Assembly: GCA_001029695.1 (NCBI GenBank)
Contig: CP011211.1
Span: forward strand, 990,001-1,022,000
DNA length: 32,000 bases
Source: Candidatus Saccharimonadota bacterium
Lineage (GTDB): Bacteria; Patescibacteriota; Saccharimonadia; Saccharimonadales; Saccharimonadaceae
Direction: 5' to 3'
Under the pieces are notes generated by a model. The model saw only the letters and a list, made by a program, of their open reading frames with translations. It was not told the DNA's origin and did not search any database. The position numbers were made by a program, and so were the translations under genes. Positions 7,587 through 15,315 of this stretch are shown piece by piece. The stretch's first letter is position 1; each line of letters starts with the position of its first letter.

Positions 7587-8030
7587 CTAGCTAGTGGTAG
7601 CTAGTTTTTGTAATGCTGGAAGGAGGTGATTTTCAAGGACGCCAGTGTCATACCGACACGAAATGATGTCTCCAAGAGGAGTCCAAAGTTCAATGTCGTG
7701 GTCGAAGCCAAGATCACGTCGACAGGACGTGCCGTAGAGTTTTCCTTTCTGGTCAAATCCAAATCCATAGAAGCTATCAAGTAAGTAGATGCGACGGCGC
7801 TTTGATAGGATCGAGAGTTCGACTCTGCCATGTCTAGTCGGCGACTCGATACTCAAAGACCTTATGACTGTCGATGCATCAGTATACGTGCATAGATGAT
7901 CAGTTTTGGCGAGCGACTGCACTGCACTGAGAACCTTTTTTGCAACAACTTGTCGCCTATCTTCTACAGGGTGAGTGCGAATGTCGAAAGCTCGACCGGA
8001 TAGATCTCTTGATATCTTAATGTAGGTCAT
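7587..8030 (-). CDS. Hypothetical protein (147 aa)
   Basis: SD GGAG lies 8 nt upstream of ATG 8030. It has its own promoter and terminator. I recognise no family. Confidence 0.6.
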   Translation of the reverse strand: MTYIKISRDLSGRAFDIRTHPVEDRRQVVAKKVLSAVQSLAKTDHLCTYTDASTVIRSLSIESPTRHGRVELSILSKRRRIYLLDSFYGFGFDQKGKLYGTSCRRDLGFDHDIELWTPLGDIISCRYDTGVLENHLLPALQKLATTS

Positions 8031-8129
8031 CGTGCAGCTCCAGTTCGCTTGTGTCTGGTTGTGTCAAGGCTCATCTTGATGAGTGGCGGCGATGTGATTT
8101 CGCGTTACCTACTCTACAAGACAGTATAT

Positions 8130-8158
8130 ATTATAAATTATAAATATATTATTGTCAA
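8130..8158 (-). promoter_or_regulatory. Consensus promoter TTGACA-17-TATAAT for 7587..8030
   Basis: Reverse strand: TTGACA (8153-8158), 17 nt, TATAAT (8130-8135). About 95-nt leader. Confidence 0.75.
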
Positions 8159-8173
8159 TGAACGCTAATGAAG

Positions 8174-8199
8174 CGCCCGCCACGGTAAGGTGGCGGGCG
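8174..8199 (-). terminator. GC hairpin downstream of 8215..8787
   Basis: cgcccgccac / ggtaag / gtggcgggcg is a 10-bp stem. No strong T tract follows on the reverse strand. Confidence 0.55.
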
Positions 8200-8214
8200 G
8201 TGATGGACAGTGAG

Positions 8215-8787
8215 CTATCGCACTGGAGTGTTGTCGAGCTTTTCATGAAGCGTCTGTAGGAGGTGGATCAGCTTATCGCGAGGCTTTGCTTCTCGCCTGA
8301 GAATATCAAAATCTTTAGCGATTCTGCGTAGTTCAAACAGCGGCAGTACATGTACGGGGAGTTCATACGTCCCACTTCCCGTCCCAAGGTAAAAGCCGCT
8401 ACTGGTGCGGATGATCCACCAGATTTCGTTATCGATACGGCCAAGCTGATGCGCGGCTTTGCGTTCTATCTTTTGCCATGTTGCATGCTTCCTCCATGAG
8501 AACCGGCGCGCCTGTTCGTAGTGTAGCTCTTGTACATACGGCAGTTGCATGAAGCAGTCGGTGTGGTGCTTTGCAATTGCGGCAACTTCGTTGCGGAGGA
8601 TGGTCTCATAGTCGCCTGCATGCAGCGGAAAGAGTGGGATGTGGATCTTCTCTTCGCCACCAGAGACTATGGTCTGTGTGCTGTCGAAAAACATATCCCA
8701 TGGTCGTTCAGTAGTATCCATAAGGCTGACTGACTCCAATGCACTTGTTGTCGGCTCGTGTCCAGTTAAACGAGTGTAAAACGACAA
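8215..8787 (-). CDS. Hypothetical protein (190 aa from TTG 8787; alternative ATG start at 8721)
   Basis: Long ORF with protein-like composition. The first codon is TTG without an SD. The first ATG (8721, MDTTERPW...) has GGAG 12 nt upstream. No family recognised. Confidence 0.55.
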   Translation of the reverse strand: MSFYTRLTGHEPTTSALESVSLMDTTERPWDMFFDSTQTIVSGGEEKIHIPLFPLHAGDYETILRNEVAAIAKHHTDCFMQLPYVQELHYEQARRFSWRKHATWQKIERKAAHQLGRIDNEIWWIIRTSSGFYLGTGSGTYELPVHVLPLFELRRIAKDFDILRREAKPRDKLIHLLQTLHEKLDNTPVR

Positions 8788-8814
8788 ATGTCGCGCTACA
8801 TCTCAAGTAAAACT

Positions 8815-8842
8815 AACACTATTTAAACATATAAATAGTGTT
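8815..8842. promoter_or_regulatory. Perfect 11-bp inverted repeat (AACACTATTTA-N6-TAAATAGTGTT) in a divergent promoter region
   Basis: Read directly from the sequence. It lies between divergent genes 8215..8787 (-) and 8884..9939 (+), so it cannot be a terminator. A candidate operator. Confidence 0.5.
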
Positions 8843-8883
8843 TAAGCAATCGGCACACCCACTCTGGTACAATAGTGAGCGAT

Positions 8884-9939
8884 ATGTCACTACTTAAAAA
8901 AGCCACTCACAAAAACCATCCGCTTCGTATATTTGCGATTTCGGGTATCCTCACACTTATTATTGGAATTATTGTTGCCTTTTATGGTGGATTGAGTGCA
9001 CTATGGCTGTTTGTCGTACTTGCAGTGCTTGAGGTGACCTTTAGCTTTGATAATGCTGTGGTGAATAGTCGCATCTTGGTGAAGATGTCACCATTTTGGC
9101 AGATGTTGTTCCTGACAGTCGGTATCTTTATCGCAGTATTTGTCGTACGTTTTATCTTGCCTATCGTCGTCGTCATGCTCCCTACGGGACTTGGGTTTAT
9201 GGAGGTTGTGCAGTTGGCTCTGAATAACCCTGAGCAGTATAGTGACAAACTGACTCAAGCTGGGCCGCTTATTGAAGCATTTGGCGGTACCTTTTTATTG
9301 ATGATCGGGATTAGTTATTTCCTTGATCATGAAAAAGACGTTCATTGGATTCGCCCCCTTGAAAAGCGTCTTGCGCCAGCCGGTCGAATCGAAAATATCA
9401 AGGTGTTTATCATGTTGATTATCGCTGCAATTTTATACTTCACTGTTGAGCCTGCGCTGCAATCTGCAGTGATTGGTGCAAGTATACTTGGTATCTTACT
9501 CCACGTAGGCCTTGAGATGTTTGGGCAGATCTTTGCAGGTGAAGGTGAAAAAACAGGCGGTAAGCTGAAGCAACAGGTGGGCCTCGCCGCGTTCGCTTCC
9601 TTCATGTATCTTGAAGTACTTGACGCGTCATTCTCGTTTGACGGAGTGATTGGCGCATTTGCAATTACCTCGAGTGTGCTCCTGATTGTTGCAGGGCTTG
9701 GCGCTGGGGCGTTCTGGGTTCGTTCACTGACTGTTTATCTTATGCGGACTGGGACGCTTGCGAAGTATCGCTATCTTGAGCATGGTGCGCACTGGGCGAT
9801 TTTGGCGCTTGGTGTCGTGATGCTCGTAAAGTTGTACCATGTCGAGCTTCCTGAATGGTTTACGGGCTCGATCGGGCTGATCTTTATCATTACGGCGATC
9901 GTCTCAAGTGTCATTGAGAAGCGTCGCTTGAATCAATAG
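8884..9939 (+). CDS. DUF475/TerC-like integral membrane protein; start revised to ATG 8884
   Basis: Multi-pass membrane protein with two copies of an acidic motif, LEVTFSFDNAVVNS and LEVLDASFSFDGVIGAF. I recall this from DUF475/TerC-type transporters. The extended -10 TGGTACAAT (8865-8873) puts the GTG at 8875 upstream of the likely TSS. Confidence 0.75.
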   Translation: MSLLKKATHKNHPLRIFAISGILTLIIGIIVAFYGGLSALWLFVVLAVLEVTFSFDNAVVNSRILVKMSPFWQMLFLTVGIFIAVFVVRFILPIVVVMLPTGLGFMEVVQLALNNPEQYSDKLTQAGPLIEAFGGTFLLMIGISYFLDHEKDVHWIRPLEKRLAPAGRIENIKVFIMLIIAAILYFTVEPALQSAVIGASILGILLHVGLEMFGQIFAGEGEKTGGKLKQQVGLAAFASFMYLEVLDASFSFDGVIGAFAITSSVLLIVAGLGAGAFWVRSLTVYLMRTGTLAKYRYLEHGAHWAILALGVVMLVKLYHVELPEWFTGSIGLIFIITAIVSSVIEKRRLNQ

Positions 9940-9951
9940 CTAACTATCATA

Positions 9952-9980
9952 TTGACTTTGATTAGCGTTAGTGGTACAAT
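9952..9980 (+). promoter_or_regulatory. Promoter TTGACT-17-TGGTACAAT (extended -10)
   Basis: TTGACT (9952-9957), 17-nt spacer ending in TGG, TACAAT (9975-9980). Confidence 0.7.
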
Positions 9981-10050
9981 GCAACATAAGTTACATCCGT
10001 AGCTTAACAATGGTCTACGTGATAGACCTAGAGCGAAGGAAGTGGTTCTT

Positions 10051-10272
10051 ATGGCATTGTCTGTTGTAGGAATAAGGGGCCAGAAGGTTCGCGCTAAGGA
10101 GCATTTGCTTGCTTCAGGGCGTTTCGTATGGTCAGCATTCTTTATCGTGCTGGTTGCGTTCATGCTGATTATTGCGCCAGAAATCTTGGCGTCAGCTGCC
10201 ATCTTTATCGCTACAGTGAGTGCCGTGGTGCTCTTGGTGCTTATGGCATGCGGAGGGTGGCTGCGACACTGA
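10051..10272 (+). CDS. Small two-helix membrane protein (73 aa; start revised to ATG 10051)
   Basis: AGGAAG lies 8 nt upstream of ATG 10051. Two hydrophobic helices: FVWSAFFIVLVAFMLIIAP and AAIFIATVSAVVLLVLMA. Confidence 0.6.
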   Translation: MALSVVGIRGQKVRAKEHLLASGRFVWSAFFIVLVAFMLIIAPEILASAAIFIATVSAVVLLVLMACGGWLRH

Positions 10273-10357
10273 TGATTTTTTCACCATCGATAATTGAGCG
10301 TGGCGTCGGATCACTTCCTTCGCCTCTCTCAATCTTTTGTATTAACCTCGGTTGATA

Positions 10358-10789
10358 TTAGGGATTGCGAGAGGATGTTTCTTTGCACGAGCTGCAGAGT
10401 CCGGTCAGTTCGACGCTGTGTTCGGCGAGTTGATAGCCTTTTTTTGATGCGACGAGCTTCAAGACGTCTTCGAGTGTGCCATCTTCGATGTTTTCTGTAG
10501 TTCCACATTCGGTGCAGCTAATGTGGTGATGGTGTGCCCTGAACGGTCCTGCAAGCTCTGTCAGTGGAGTCCATCCACGGATGACAGTGTTTGTAATATT
10601 AAGCAAAGCAAAAAGCTCGAGCGTACGATAGACGCTTGCGCGGTCGATAGATGGTGTGAGACGAGCAATCTCCCCGTTTTTTAGGGGTTCTTTGGCATCT
10701 AGGAGTACTCTAAAAATTGCCAGGCGTGGCTTTGTCATGCTGACATGGTTATGTTTGAGGATGGTTGAAAATTTGTCGTGTTCACTCAT
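10358..10789 (-). CDS. Fur-family metalloregulator (Fur/Zur/PerR/Nur type); start revised to ATG 10789
   Basis: Winged-helix N-terminus (MTKPRLAIFRVLLDAKEPLKNGEIARL), then HHHHISCTECG and a C-terminal CSSC (two CxxC pairs). The extended -10 TGCTATAGT lies downstream of the track start at 10813. Confidence 0.85.
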   Translation of the reverse strand: MSEHDKFSTILKHNHVSMTKPRLAIFRVLLDAKEPLKNGEIARLTPSIDRASVYRTLELFALLNITNTVIRGWTPLTELAGPFRAHHHHISCTECGTTENIEDGTLEDVLKLVASKKGYQLAEHSVELTGLCSSCKETSSRNP

Positions 10790-10813
10790 ACGTATTCTGC
10801 AACTATAGCACAT

Positions 10814-10848
10814 ATTGCGACATTATCGCAATTATATAATAAATTGCA
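10814..10848. promoter_or_regulatory. Two overlapping palindromes (ATTGCGA-N5-TCGCAAT and GCAATT-N8-AATTGC) in the fur / cooC-like divergent promoter region
   Basis: 10814-10832 and 10829-10848, read directly. The first overlaps the fur -35 (TTGCGA). The second has an AT core, TATATAATAA, reminiscent of Fur/PerR-box cores. Confidence 0.55.
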
Positions 10849-10854
10849 TCACTT

Positions 10855-10883
10855 TTGCAAAAATATATATTTCTCACTATGCT
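10855..10883 (+). promoter_or_regulatory. Promoter TTGCAA-17-TATGCT, 6 nt from ATG 10890 (leaderless-type)
   Basis: TTGCAA (10855-10860), 17 nt, TATGCT (10878-10883), TAGGTT, then ATG. Confidence 0.6.
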
Positions 10884-10889
10884 TAGGTT

Positions 10890-11834
10890 ATGAGAATTGC
10901 ATTTGTAGGAAAAGGCGGCAGCGGAAAGACGACATTGGCGTCGCTCTTTTCGCAGTATGCCGCGAAAAATAATTCACGTGTATTGGCGCTTGATGCTGAT
11001 ATAAATCAACACCTTGCCTCTGCGCTTGGATATACGGGTGAGCTGAAAAGTATGGGTGAAGATATTGATACTATTAAGGGGTATCTGCGAGGTGATAATC
11101 CCCTCTTTACCCTTTCGGGCATGCATAAGACTACCCCGCCTGGCTCGGGGTCACATTTTGTCACGCTTGACGAGGCTGATTGGTTTATGGATCGGTACAC
11201 TGCAGAGGTTGACGGTATGTACGTAGCAGGAGCTGGAGCGATTCCGTCGGGTAATGTCGGTGTACGATGTTACCATGGATTGAATGGAGCGATTGAGCTA
11301 CTACTTGGGCATATGATTGATCGCGCCGAGGACACAGTAGTGGTTGATATGACAGCGGGCGCGGATGCATTCTCCTCTTCTCTTTTTGCTAAAGTTGACG
11401 CTCTCGTACTTGTTGTTGAGCCGACGATGAAGTCACTGAGCGTGTATGATCAGTTTCTTCCATACACTAAAGAGTATGATATTCCACTCCTCGTGGTGGG
11501 CAATAAAATCCTCGACGCAGAAGACAAACAGTTCGTTGAGCAAAGGGTCGGTGCTCTGGTGGCATGTATCGGTAATTCGTTGTTTGTTCGAGCCCGTGAG
11601 CGCGGGGTGATGATCGACTTTAATCAAATAGACCAAGCGCTTGAATCGCAGTTGGCGGCTATCTTTGAGTCAGTCAGTTCGGTGCCTCGAGATTGGGCGG
11701 TGCTCGAGCGAAAGAGTCACCTGTTTCATAAAAGGAGTGTACATAGCTGGGCTGGAGTGAGCGTGGAAACGCATATAGATCCTCATTTTTCTCTTGAGCG
11801 GTATGCTAGGGGGTATTTACGCCAAGTCTCCTGA
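10890..11834 (+). CDS. CooC/MinD-type P-loop ATPase (putative metallochaperone) with C-x-H in place of the CooC C-x-C motif
   Basis: Deviant Walker A is MRIAFVGKGGSGKTT, followed by LALDADINQHLA. GNVGVRCYHGLNGAIELLLGHMI...VVVDMTAGADAF...LVLVVEPT...VVGNK is collinear with my recollection of CooC1 (GGSGCACPENAFLRALLRHL..IMDMEAGIEHL..IIVVEPG..VVGNK). Confidence 0.8.
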   Translation: MRIAFVGKGGSGKTTLASLFSQYAAKNNSRVLALDADINQHLASALGYTGELKSMGEDIDTIKGYLRGDNPLFTLSGMHKTTPPGSGSHFVTLDEADWFMDRYTAEVDGMYVAGAGAIPSGNVGVRCYHGLNGAIELLLGHMIDRAEDTVVVDMTAGADAFSSSLFAKVDALVLVVEPTMKSLSVYDQFLPYTKEYDIPLLVVGNKILDAEDKQFVEQRVGALVACIGNSLFVRARERGVMIDFNQIDQALESQLAAIFESVSSVPRDWAVLERKSHLFHKRSVHSWAGVSVETHIDPHFSLERYARGYLRQVS

Positions 11835-11840
11835 TCTGTA

Positions 11841-11876
11841 GGAGAATAGCGCCAGAGTACTACGGCACTATTCTCC
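11841..11876 (+). other. Intergenic 13-bp hairpin (one C-A mismatch) without a T tract
   Basis: ggagaatagcgcc (11841-11853) pairs with ggcactattctcc (11864-11876). Lies between the cooC-like gene and 11918..12664. Confidence 0.4.
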
Positions 11877-11917
11877 GGTCATGAGGCCGGAATTCATCTA
11901 GTGAAAAGAGTATCACT

Positions 11918-12664
11918 ATGACAATGCCAAAAACGGCGGCGGTAATGAAGCTGCTTGATCGAGGCTTACTTCCTGAAGAAATGAGCGATCAACAACTTGC
12001 ACAGGCAGTCGAGGCACTTCGCGAAGATCTACCGGGTGATCCTGTAGAGTATATCTCGCGCATGATACCTCTTAGTGATCGCTGTGAGTGCGGCGCGGTA
12101 CATTTGAGTATCGATGAGCCGATGTTGACTGCGGAGTGCCTGAGGAGTCTTCATCGACTGCTCGCAACTCCATATGGTGATATCGTTCGAGAGTCTTTTC
12201 GACGAAGTGATGCCGTAAAAAACATTCGTTTTGGGTGGAGCGGTATTGAAGCTCATGTACCCGAGTTTGTTCGAGCCGTCGATAGCTGCGATGCACGGCA
12301 AATGTCGGCCGTGGAGATCGATGACGAGCGACTCGGCTTGATCGTTGATGCAGTGCGTCGTGATATGCCGCGTGTGCTTGAAATGGTTGAACGCTCGGTG
12401 GCAGGCGTGTCTGTTATGTCGGTGTCTCCAGAACCGGGCATTATAGGGCAGCAAGTATGGAAGCAACTGATTGACCAGCTCATGTTTGTATGGTCAACTC
12501 CTGTAAGGAAGTATCTTGCAGAGTGGCTATTGCGACAATATGGTCTTCGGGGCGGTGCCGTGAATTGCTGCATCGTAATGACGGGTCGTTATGATTCGGA
12601 AGATGCATGGCGACGTCGCTGGATGGACGAACAGACGAATCAGCAGTTGACGCCTGATTGCTAG
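11918..12664 (+). CDS. Hypothetical protein (248 aa), locally GC-rich
   Basis: Long ORF followed by a clean terminator. No motif recognised. A spot count gives 35/60 G+C at 12301-12360. Confidence 0.6.
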   Translation: MTMPKTAAVMKLLDRGLLPEEMSDQQLAQAVEALREDLPGDPVEYISRMIPLSDRCECGAVHLSIDEPMLTAECLRSLHRLLATPYGDIVRESFRRSDAVKNIRFGWSGIEAHVPEFVRAVDSCDARQMSAVEIDDERLGLIVDAVRRDMPRVLEMVERSVAGVSVMSVSPEPGIIGQQVWKQLIDQLMFVWSTPVRKYLAEWLLRQYGLRGGAVNCCIVMTGRYDSEDAWRRRWMDEQTNQQLTPDC

Positions 12665-12713
12665 ATGAAAAAGATGTGCGCGACATTCGCGTAATCGTAG
12701 GAAATTCCCACGT

Positions 12714-12735
12714 CCCCGCTTTTTTAGCGGGGTTT
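12714..12735 (+). terminator. Intrinsic terminator CCCCGC-loop-GCGGGG plus TTT
   Basis: ccccgc (12714-12719), tttttta loop, gcgggg (12727-12732), then ttt. Confidence 0.7.
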
Positions 12736-12778
12736 ATTCTTTAGGCGTATTGTAAAAATATACGTATAATGATATAGT

Positions 12779-12964
12779 ATGATTGTTCTTCGACATCCGA
12801 GAGAAGGGTTTACTATGCAAGTTGACGTGTATGCAACAAAGCATCAGCGACGTCGAATCACCTTTGACGAGTGTGTCAACTGGATCGATCTCGTTGTTTG
12901 CTGGTGTGAAGCTGTACGTCGAACCCGCAAGGGTAAGTCCAGATTTATGACAGGAGTACGATGA
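12779..12964 (+). CDS. Mini-protein (61 aa from ATG 12779; 49 aa if started at SD-preceded ATG 12815)
   Basis: TATAAT (12765-12770) lies 8 nt before ATG 12779. An internal ATG at 12815 has GAGAAGGG upstream. The stop overlaps the next start as ATGA. Confidence 0.4.
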   Translation: MIVLRHPREGFTMQVDVYATKHQRRRITFDECVNWIDLVVCWCEAVRRTRKGKSRFMTGVR

Positions 12965-13116
12965 TGCATGACTCAAACGGAATTTTTTGGGCTCCTAGTT
13001 GGGCGGAGCTTGCTCAGTTTATGAGAGAGCTACGAGACGTATGGGTGGACCATCGCCGGAAGCGTCGCGAAGCGCGAATAGAGTGCGCAGAGCTTGAGAG
13101 GATATTCCGGCTTTGA
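12961..13116 (+). CDS. Mini-protein (51 aa), translationally coupled to 12779..12964; not in the ORF track
   Basis: AGGAG lies 5 nt upstream of ATG 12961. Translation is MMHDSNGIFWAPSWAELAQFMRELRDVWVDHRRKRREARIECAELERIFRL, followed by a terminator. Confidence 0.45.
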   Translation: MMHDSNGIFWAPSWAELAQFMRELRDVWVDHRRKRREARIECAELERIFRL

Positions 13117-13145
13117 CCAAAAGTCGCATGGAAGAACTATGTTAC

Positions 13146-13192
13146 GGGGAGTGATAATGTCGCATGTGCGGTACTATCACTCCCCGGTTTTT
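13146..13192 (+). terminator. Intrinsic terminator (11-bp stem plus GGTTTTT)
   Basis: ggggagtgata (13146-13156) pairs with tatcactcccc (13175-13185), then ggttttt. Confidence 0.75.
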
Positions 13193-13206
13193 AATTGGTC
13201 AGATTT

Positions 13207-13770
13207 TTAAAACAGGTAGTGACTTGTATTATCATGTGTGCCCGAGAGAAATTTTTCAATGAGCTCGTCTATCTTTGGAAATAATTCTTCATCGAGCTTA
13301 CTAGCCTCTTCTCTTGAGAATCGAGCGAGTACAAAGTCTGCCGAGTCTATCCTGTCGGCGAGCTCAGTACGTATGCCTACACGGATACGCGCGTATTCTT
13401 GGCCGAGGTGGGAGTTTAGTGACTTTATGCCATTATTGCCAGCATCACTACCTTTTTCTCGAGTTCTCAGTGTACCGAAAGGAAGTGCAAGGTCGTCATG
13501 GATGACAAGAATATCACTTGAGGAGACCTTGTAGAAGTCAGATAGTATGCGAGCTGATTGGCCAGTCTCATTGTAGAACGTCAAGGGTTTTACGAGGAGA
13601 TGCTTTTCGCCATCATGAGTGAGCTCAGCGATATCGGCATGAAACTTCGATTTTTGCTGAAATGATACATGTGCTGAGTCGGCGAAGTGGTCGAGCGCTA
13701 GGAAGCCTACGTTGTGACGCGTGTTTTGGTATTGTAGGCCGGGATTGCCTTGGGCGAAGATGATTTTCAT
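13207..13770 (-). CDS. pth: Peptidyl-tRNA hydrolase
   Basis: MKIIFAQGNPGLQYQNTRHNVGFLALDHFA and HDDLALPFGTLRTREKGSDAGNNG are typical Pth motifs. Confidence 0.93.
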   Translation of the reverse strand: MKIIFAQGNPGLQYQNTRHNVGFLALDHFADSAHVSFQQKSKFHADIAELTHDGEKHLLVKPLTFYNETGQSARILSDFYKVSSSDILVIHDDLALPFGTLRTREKGSDAGNNGIKSLNSHLGQEYARIRVGIRTELADRIDSADFVLARFSREEASKLDEELFPKIDELIEKFLSGTHDNTSHYLF

Positions 13771-13795
13771 TACTCACCATAGTATATCATTTGAA

Positions 13796-13824
13796 TCAAA
13801 AACTCCCTCGTTGATGAGGGAGTT
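13796..13824 (-). terminator. Terminator downstream of der
   Basis: Reverse strand: AACTCCCTC / ATCAAC / GAGGGAGTT, then TTTTG. Confidence 0.7.
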
Positions 13825-13829
13825 GTGAA

Positions 13830-15266
13830 TTAGACGTCTTGGTCGAGCTTTTCGGCAGCGATTTTTTCAAGTCGCTCTTTTTCTTTTTGTTCTTTGTACT
13901 TTTTAGTAACAGGATCAAGTCCTTTAGAGACGCGCTCTTTGTTTGATTTCACTTGTTTTTCGTCAATGAAACTGAACTTAATTGGTGTACCTGCATAGTT
14001 GTATGTTTCGCGAAGAAGACGTTCTAGGTAGCGTTTGTAGCTCCAGTGGACGAACTTTAGATTGCTACCGTGAATCACGAACCATGGCGGTGTAGTGTCG
14101 GTCTGAACCATATAGCGAAGCTTTGGGTGGGTGTTTTTGAGGCCTGATGGTGGATGGCGCTGGATGGCTTTTTGAAGCATGTCGTTGAGGACGCGAGTCT
14201 TTGTCTCTTGTTTTCGTCGTGCATCAATATCAAGCGCAAGGTCGAAGAGCTTTGTGACGTTCTGCCCTGTAACGGAGCTTGTAAAGATAAGCGGTGCCCA
14301 CGGAGTGAACTTGAAAGCTCGTGAAATCTGCGGCGCAATAGCATCGCGGGTGTAGGCATCTTTTCCTTCGACGCTGTCCCACTTGCTGACGACGATCGCC
14401 ATACCCTTGCCTGCTTCATCGATAATGCCCGCAAGGCGCTGGTCAAGCTGTGTGTTGAGTTCGTTTGCATCCATAAGTAGGAAGCAGACGTCTGCTTCTT
14501 CGATAGCCTGGAGCGTACGTAGTACGCTAAACTTTTCGATTCCCACTTCTTGCTTGCCTGGTTTTCGCATACCTGCAGTATCGAGGAGTTCAATATCACG
14601 AGCACCATAACGAATCGACACACGGTTGACGTCCCGAGTAGTGCCGGCAATGTTTGCTACGAGAGCCTGCTGTTTGCCCGCAAGCGTATTGAAGAGATAT
14701 GACTTGCCGACATTTGGACGACCGATGAGTGCTACGCGGAGTACTTCATCAGGTGTCTCTTCGTGTTTGAGTGGGATATGAGCAACGATTTCATCGAGTA
14801 TCTCGATAATACCTTGATTATGCTCAGCACTCGACTGAAGAATCGTTTTGATACCGAGTCGTTTAAATTCTTCTGTAGGGAGATGGCCTTTTAGGTCAGC
14901 TTTGTTGGTGACAAGGATAACTGGTTTCTTAGAGCGGAGGGCTTTTTTAGCAACAAAGCGATCTTGGTCGCTCACATATTGGTTGCTATCGACAACGACA
15001 AGTATAACGTCGGCGGCATCAGCAGCTTCGGTGATCTGCTCCTGGATACTTGCTTCAAATTCATCATTTGGGTCTTTTAGTCCAGCAGTGTCAACAAGCC
15101 AAAATGTATGGTAGTTGTGCTCTACTCTTCCGAGAACATTGTCACGAGTGGTACCGGCTTCTCTCGCGACGATCGCTTGTTGAGCGCGCACCATACGATT
15201 AAAAAGCGAACTCTTGCCGACGTTCGCTTGACCAATGATTGCAACGGTTGGTAATTTGCTAGCCAT
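13830..15266 (-). CDS. der: Ribosome-assembly GTPase Der/EngA (tandem GTPase domains plus KH-like domain and charged tail)
   Basis: Two G1 motifs (GQANVGKSSLFN, GRPNVGKSYLFN), two DTAG motifs and NKAD/SKWD. The C-terminal tail is Lys/Glu-rich. Confidence 0.95.
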   Translation of the reverse strand: MASKLPTVAIIGQANVGKSSLFNRMVRAQQAIVAREAGTTRDNVLGRVEHNYHTFWLVDTAGLKDPNDEFEASIQEQITEAADAADVILVVVDSNQYVSDQDRFVAKKALRSKKPVILVTNKADLKGHLPTEEFKRLGIKTILQSSAEHNQGIIEILDEIVAHIPLKHEETPDEVLRVALIGRPNVGKSYLFNTLAGKQQALVANIAGTTRDVNRVSIRYGARDIELLDTAGMRKPGKQEVGIEKFSVLRTLQAIEEADVCFLLMDANELNTQLDQRLAGIIDEAGKGMAIVVSKWDSVEGKDAYTRDAIAPQISRAFKFTPWAPLIFTSSVTGQNVTKLFDLALDIDARRKQETKTRVLNDMLQKAIQRHPPSGLKNTHPKLRYMVQTDTTPPWFVIHGSNLKFVHWSYKRYLERLLRETYNYAGTPIKFSFIDEKQVKSNKERVSKGLDPVTKKYKEQKEKERLEKIAAEKLDQDV

Positions 15267-15278
15267 AAACTTTTGCTA

Positions 15279-15307
15279 ATTATAACAGAGGTAGCCGCGT
15301 CTCGCAA
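15279..15307 (-). promoter_or_regulatory. der promoter TTGCGA-17-TGTTATAAT (extended -10)
   Basis: Reverse strand: TTGCGA (15302-15307), 17 nt, TATAAT (15279-15284). 12 nt to ATG 15266, with no SD. Confidence 0.65.
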
Positions 15308-15315
15308 ACATAAGT

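Noticed and set aside
9981-10050. Possible tRNA between the DUF475 gene and the small membrane protein (tagcttaacaatggtc...)
   Set aside because: It cannot be folded into a cloverleaf: there is no T-loop and no acceptor pairing. It is the leader of the small membrane-protein gene, with a GGTCTA/TAGACC hairpin.
12029-12686. Minus-strand ORFs overlapping 11918..12664
   Set aside because: They are Arg/His/Ser-rich antisense translations of a GC-rich gene. The plus-strand ORF is longer and is followed by a plus-strand terminator.
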